Shown here in pieces: positions 60,546 to 64,000 of a DNA stretch of 64,000 bases. The notes under the pieces are model-generated. The model made no database searches. It worked only from the letters and a program-made list of their open reading frames with translations, and was not told the origin of the DNA. The stretch's first letter is position 1; the number at the start of each line of letters is the position of its first letter. The position numbers were made by a program, and so were the translations under genes. Source of the DNA: Candidatus Latescibacterota bacterium (GTDB lineage: Bacteria > Latescibacterota > CBDEFO01); the NCBI GenBank assembly GCA_965237525.1, contig CBDEFO010000008.1, forward strand, positions 1 through 64,000, read 5' to 3'.

Positions 60546-60582
60546 TGTTAACGATTTTAACACATTTTCGCCTTCATGTCAA
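60546..60582 (-). promoter_or_regulatory. Sigma70 promoter/operator of the GH116 gene
   Basis: TTGACA-17-TAAAAT overlapping TGTTAACGATTTTAACA. Confidence 0.75.
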
Positions 60583-60846
60583 AGCGATATTCTCCAAGTT
60601 CTCTTTTTTTGATCTTTCGGAAATCTGGGCAAATCCCACCGTACACCTCATGTGTTATTCTTAAACTAATCATCCTCGGCTAAATTTGATCGCTTGAATT
60701 TTACCTTACATCTTATTTCTTCATTTTGAATCAACCAGTTTCTTCGTTTCTGATTCTAAACCGCATATGTCCCCGTCACATTGGCGGAAGTATGCTTCTT
60801 CTCGTTGAAACCACAAACAACAGTCGCTTTTAGTATATTCTCAAAA

Positions 60847-62994
60847 TCAGTTCTTCAACTCCGCTAACTTCGCTTTCAGGGGACGATAGACATATTCGCT
60901 CATCACCGCAATCGCGCCGCGGTCCGACTGGTCGCGGGCTACGCGGGCGTACGATTCTAAGGAGCGACGCGCAGTCGCCAGCGCGGTCTCAGCTAGCATC
61001 AAGGCCTCGGAGAGCTTCTCATCATCTTCGGCGGCCGCAGCACGACGGACGGCCTCAATCGTGTCCAGATACCCGATGCCGAACTCCAACCGCCCAACCC
61101 AGTAGTCCACGTAGCTGGAGGATGACGCCACCTCGCTGCTGCTGTGTGGTTGAATATGAACCTTTGCCTGCGCCCGCCGCGCCGCTGCCAATGCGCGTTC
61201 ATAGCTGCGTCGGTCTTCGATGAGTTCGGCTGGCATCGAGCTTGGCGTCCAGTGTTTCATCATCATTCCTGGCACGGGAAAAGTCAACCCCAGCCCGTGC
61301 CACTCTAACCCAACTGTCGTCGCCTCTGCCTTGCGGAGCACCGTTAGCATGTCCCCCACGCACGCCGCCCCGCACACCACGCGAATCTGGTCGCGGTAAA
61401 CGGCTTCGGGCCTTGCGTTGGCGTCCCACGCAGCTTTTGACAGATACGCCACGCATGGGTCATGGTCGCCAATAAGCCAGTAGCGTGTTGAAAACCCCGC
61501 CCAACCGTAACGACGTAGGTCTTTGGTCAACTCGTGCAGCGACCCGGTCGTCAGCTGCGGAAGCACACCCAGGTTGTCGTCGTGCAGTGTATAAATCAGC
61601 GTGCACGGTACATCACGGCTGGGGATGTGCTTGAGCACCTCCCTGCGCCGCAGGATTCGCGACGCAGTGTAATCCACGAAATTCATCGTCTCGGAACCCG
61701 GCGGGAGGATGCGCGATAGCACCGGAAAGAGCTCTTCTGCAATACCGTCGAAGACAAACTTCATATTTGGTCGAAGAGAGCCCTGCAGCGCGTTCCGTTC
61801 GGTGAGCAGGTGGTCGTAGAAACACAGAGCGACGATGTCTCCCTTTACTTCCTGCACAGCGCGCTCCGAACCTCCGGGGTAGTCGGTACGCTTGCCCGCC
61901 GCAGCGAGTATCTCAGCCAGCGGTTCAATCTTGCTGAGACCATACTTGGCGTCCAACGCACTCCAGGCGCATTCGTATTGTCCCACCCACTGTCTCCACT
62001 CCGGCATGCCCAAGGACACATAGTCGACCTCGGGATAGGTGTTGACCGTGCACTGGAGGACGGCGGTGGACATCTTCGCAAGGGCCGCGTCAGTGACGTC
62101 CGTGTCGGGGCCGGGTACGACGCTCATCTGGCCAAGTTGGTGAACCTTCTGCGCGTCTTTAAGCAGGGATGCGAATTCGGGCGGAAACTCGGTCAGCGTG
62201 GCGACAAGGCCGCATTCCATGCCGCGGCGGTGGGCGTAGTCCATCAGATTGTGGACTAACTTCTCCCCGGCCGCTGCAAACTCCTCGTAGGGAGCACAAA
62301 GGGGGAGATCAGGGTTCCAGAACTCCACGGTGTCCCCAAACAGATGCCGTCCGGGCATGTCGTCGGTAATCGGGTAGTGGTAGTCGAACCACAGTGCCCC
62401 CGACTGCCGCTTGATACCCGAGACCTCAAGGGGCAAAAACGGTTGAAAGGTCCAGGTGCTCACTAAGATGCGGTTGAACTTGAGCTTGGCCAACTGGTCC
62501 AGCACTCCCCGATAGTCCTCCATGCCCCACGATTCGGGCCCGCAAGCAAAGTCGTTGATGACGCGCCACTCGCGGACTGGCAGCGTCGGCTCCATGACGA
62601 CGGTTACATCGGGCAGATGGAACTTACTTCCATTCTCAGGCAGCACGTCGCTGTGCAACAAGTAACGCACGCCCCAGCGTTCGACCAGTTCATAGACAGC
62701 CCAGAGTGTTGCCTTCGGGCTACCCCCGACTATGACCATCGTGGGCTTGTCCATGAAAGTTATTTTTCGCAAAAGAAAACCCTGTTCGCTCAATTGCGGG
62801 AAATTCTCTTCGCCCAAAGCTTGGACGACAACAGGATTGCTCTTCAGATTGCCCAGAATAACCAAGAATTCCGCCGTTTTACCTGGTGAATTGGCAATAG
62901 TGGCGGATAGACCGAACAAACGCTTCAGATAGCCCTGCAGTTCAGATGCCGCAAACCGTTCTACTTCATGTGCCTCTTCTGAAATAATCAACAT
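60847..62994 (-). CDS. Putative glycoside hydrolase (GH20/GH67-like N-domain + TIM barrel)
   Basis: ERFAASELQGYL, EQGFLL, GGSPKATLWAVYELVE.WGVR, LDQLAKLKFN. Confidence 0.65.
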   Translation of the reverse strand: MLIISEEAHEVERFAASELQGYLKRLFGLSATIANSPGKTAEFLVILGNLKSNPVVVQALGEENFPQLSEQGFLLRKITFMDKPTMVIVGGSPKATLWAVYELVERWGVRYLLHSDVLPENGSKFHLPDVTVVMEPTLPVREWRVINDFACGPESWGMEDYRGVLDQLAKLKFNRILVSTWTFQPFLPLEVSGIKRQSGALWFDYHYPITDDMPGRHLFGDTVEFWNPDLPLCAPYEEFAAAGEKLVHNLMDYAHRRGMECGLVATLTEFPPEFASLLKDAQKVHQLGQMSVVPGPDTDVTDAALAKMSTAVLQCTVNTYPEVDYVSLGMPEWRQWVGQYECAWSALDAKYGLSKIEPLAEILAAAGKRTDYPGGSERAVQEVKGDIVALCFYDHLLTERNALQGSLRPNMKFVFDGIAEELFPVLSRILPPGSETMNFVDYTASRILRRREVLKHIPSRDVPCTLIYTLHDDNLGVLPQLTTGSLHELTKDLRRYGWAGFSTRYWLIGDHDPCVAYLSKAAWDANARPEAVYRDQIRVVCGAACVGDMLTVLRKAEATTVGLEWHGLGLTFPVPGMMMKHWTPSSMPAELIEDRRSYERALAAARRAQAKVHIQPHSSSEVASSSSYVDYWVGRLEFGIGYLDTIEAVRRAAAAEDDEKLSEALMLAETALATARRSLESYARVARDQSDRGAIAVMSEYVYRPLKAKLAELKN

Positions 62995-63607
62995 AATCTC
63001 TCCCGGAAACCTTAGGGATATTCCTGATTTTGGGTGAACAGTTTTTTGCTTTCATTATCAAAATTGGACCATCTTGGCATGAGGTGCTTTCACAAAGAGG
63101 CTCATATCTCCTCGCTTACACTAAACACACTGTGCGTCAGGAGGCTTCTAACTCAAGACAGAGTGGAAGCCTCTTTGATGCCACATTTTCGTAAGTCAAG
63201 CAGTGGGCGGTTTCCATCGCTTCAACGCAACAGAGTCCTTCAAGCCAGGTTAGTCACGGCTTCTTTTTTCCGTGACCCCGCGTACGAAATCTCCTTCCCT
63301 TTACGGTAGGCGTAGTCGAAACCCAAGTCGTCAACCCGTTGGAAGTGCGGGTACGGTTCGTCGTTGTGTTGGCAGTAAAAACTACATGTTCGACAAAGGG
63401 GACAGGCCGCAATTTTCTTGTCAATTCGTCGAGGGGTGTGCACAATTAAAACTTGAGAAGCTAAATAGGATAGTGTTCTCTCCTTTGAGGGCATGAAGCA
63501 CTACTTACAAAAGGGGTACACTATGTCACAATCGGCTCTTATCGACTATATTTACAGCTTTTGCTGTCATTGAAATCTATCGTGTTTTCGCTATCTTTTG
63601 GGCAGAT

Positions 63608-63697
63608 AAAATAAGCTCCTGTACGTGAAAAGTCAAGTCAAAATTTGACGCCACATCTTCGTTTTTCCTTGACAGTATAAAGTATCCAGACTATTAT
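63608..63697. promoter_or_regulatory. Divergent sigma70 promoters
   Basis: Plus: TTGACA (63669)-17-TATTAT (63692). Minus: TTGACT-17-TATTTT (63636-63608). Confidence 0.65.
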
Positions 63698-63792
63698 TAG
63701 TCGAGATTTGGTTCTGCGAATTCTATAGAGTTGCTTCCCGCTTGTATGGTAACTGAACCCGTAAGAGTCCATGCTCCATTGGAGATAGGTTG

Positions 63793-64000
63793 ATGTTGAC
63801 GCACCCAGCAAATGTCTGGAAGGCGCAAAATATGCCCCTCTGCCTTCTTGGAGCTATCTTAATAGTGTGTTGCTCTGGGGAAGTTTACGGGCAGAAACTA
63901 AGTAAAGAGGACTCCCTGAGGAGCCAAGAGCATTATAAACTCGGCCGGTACTTTTCGAAAAGTGGGTACTATGAAGACGCAGAAAGAGAGTATAAAAAAG
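63793..64000 (+). CDS. Exported TPR protein, 5' end only
   Basis: GGAG RBS; MLTHPA...LLGAILIVCC...HYKLGRYFSKSGYYEDAEREYKK, open to the window end. Confidence 0.65.
   Translation, partial: MLTHPANVWKAQNMPLCLLGAILIVCCSGEVYGQKLSKEDSLRSQEHYKLGRYFSKSGYYEDAEREYKK

Noticed and set aside
63240..63496. Small ORFs with a CxxC motif
   Set aside because: Overlapping short frames with no recognisable family or clear RBS.
1..64000. CRISPR array, rRNA or tRNA genes
   Set aside because: No regularly spaced repeats or structural RNA signatures seen.

Overview
The window has two parts. Bases 1 to about 25,000 are a visibly GC-richer defence island bounded by a broken P4-type tyrosine integrase. It carries a minus-strand cluster (SNF2-DUF3883 helicase, PHP-ATPase, Schlafen/AlbA_2 ATPase, DUF1156 DNA methyltransferase, Sir2, HerA, Swt1-HEPN/DUF499 ATPase) and an orphaned higA. 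It also carries a ubiquitin-like conjugation operon (Ubl, E2 with an internal amber stop, JAB-E1 fusion, tiny GIY-YIG protein), divergent from an XRE repressor, an ImmA/IrrE peptidase and a putative nuclease. Bases about 25,300-64,000 look like host chromosome: a TPR/TonB-receptor/ExbBD/TonB operon, an IS1182, trxA, a glyoxalase, tandem DUF6785-type membrane proteins, PhyH dioxygenases, BNR/sialidase proteins, tandem Gfo/Idh/MocA genes, GH116 and other glycosidase-like genes. Signals not shown by the ORF track include a 19-bp palindrome inserted into a decayed IS (3 copies), an unclassified IS with a 6-bp target duplication, a solitary integron attC cassette, a shared promoter/operator motif and a triple-hairpin intergenic element. 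Several frameshifts fall in homopolymers and may be sequencing errors. All family calls come from recognising motifs by eye; no database search was run.
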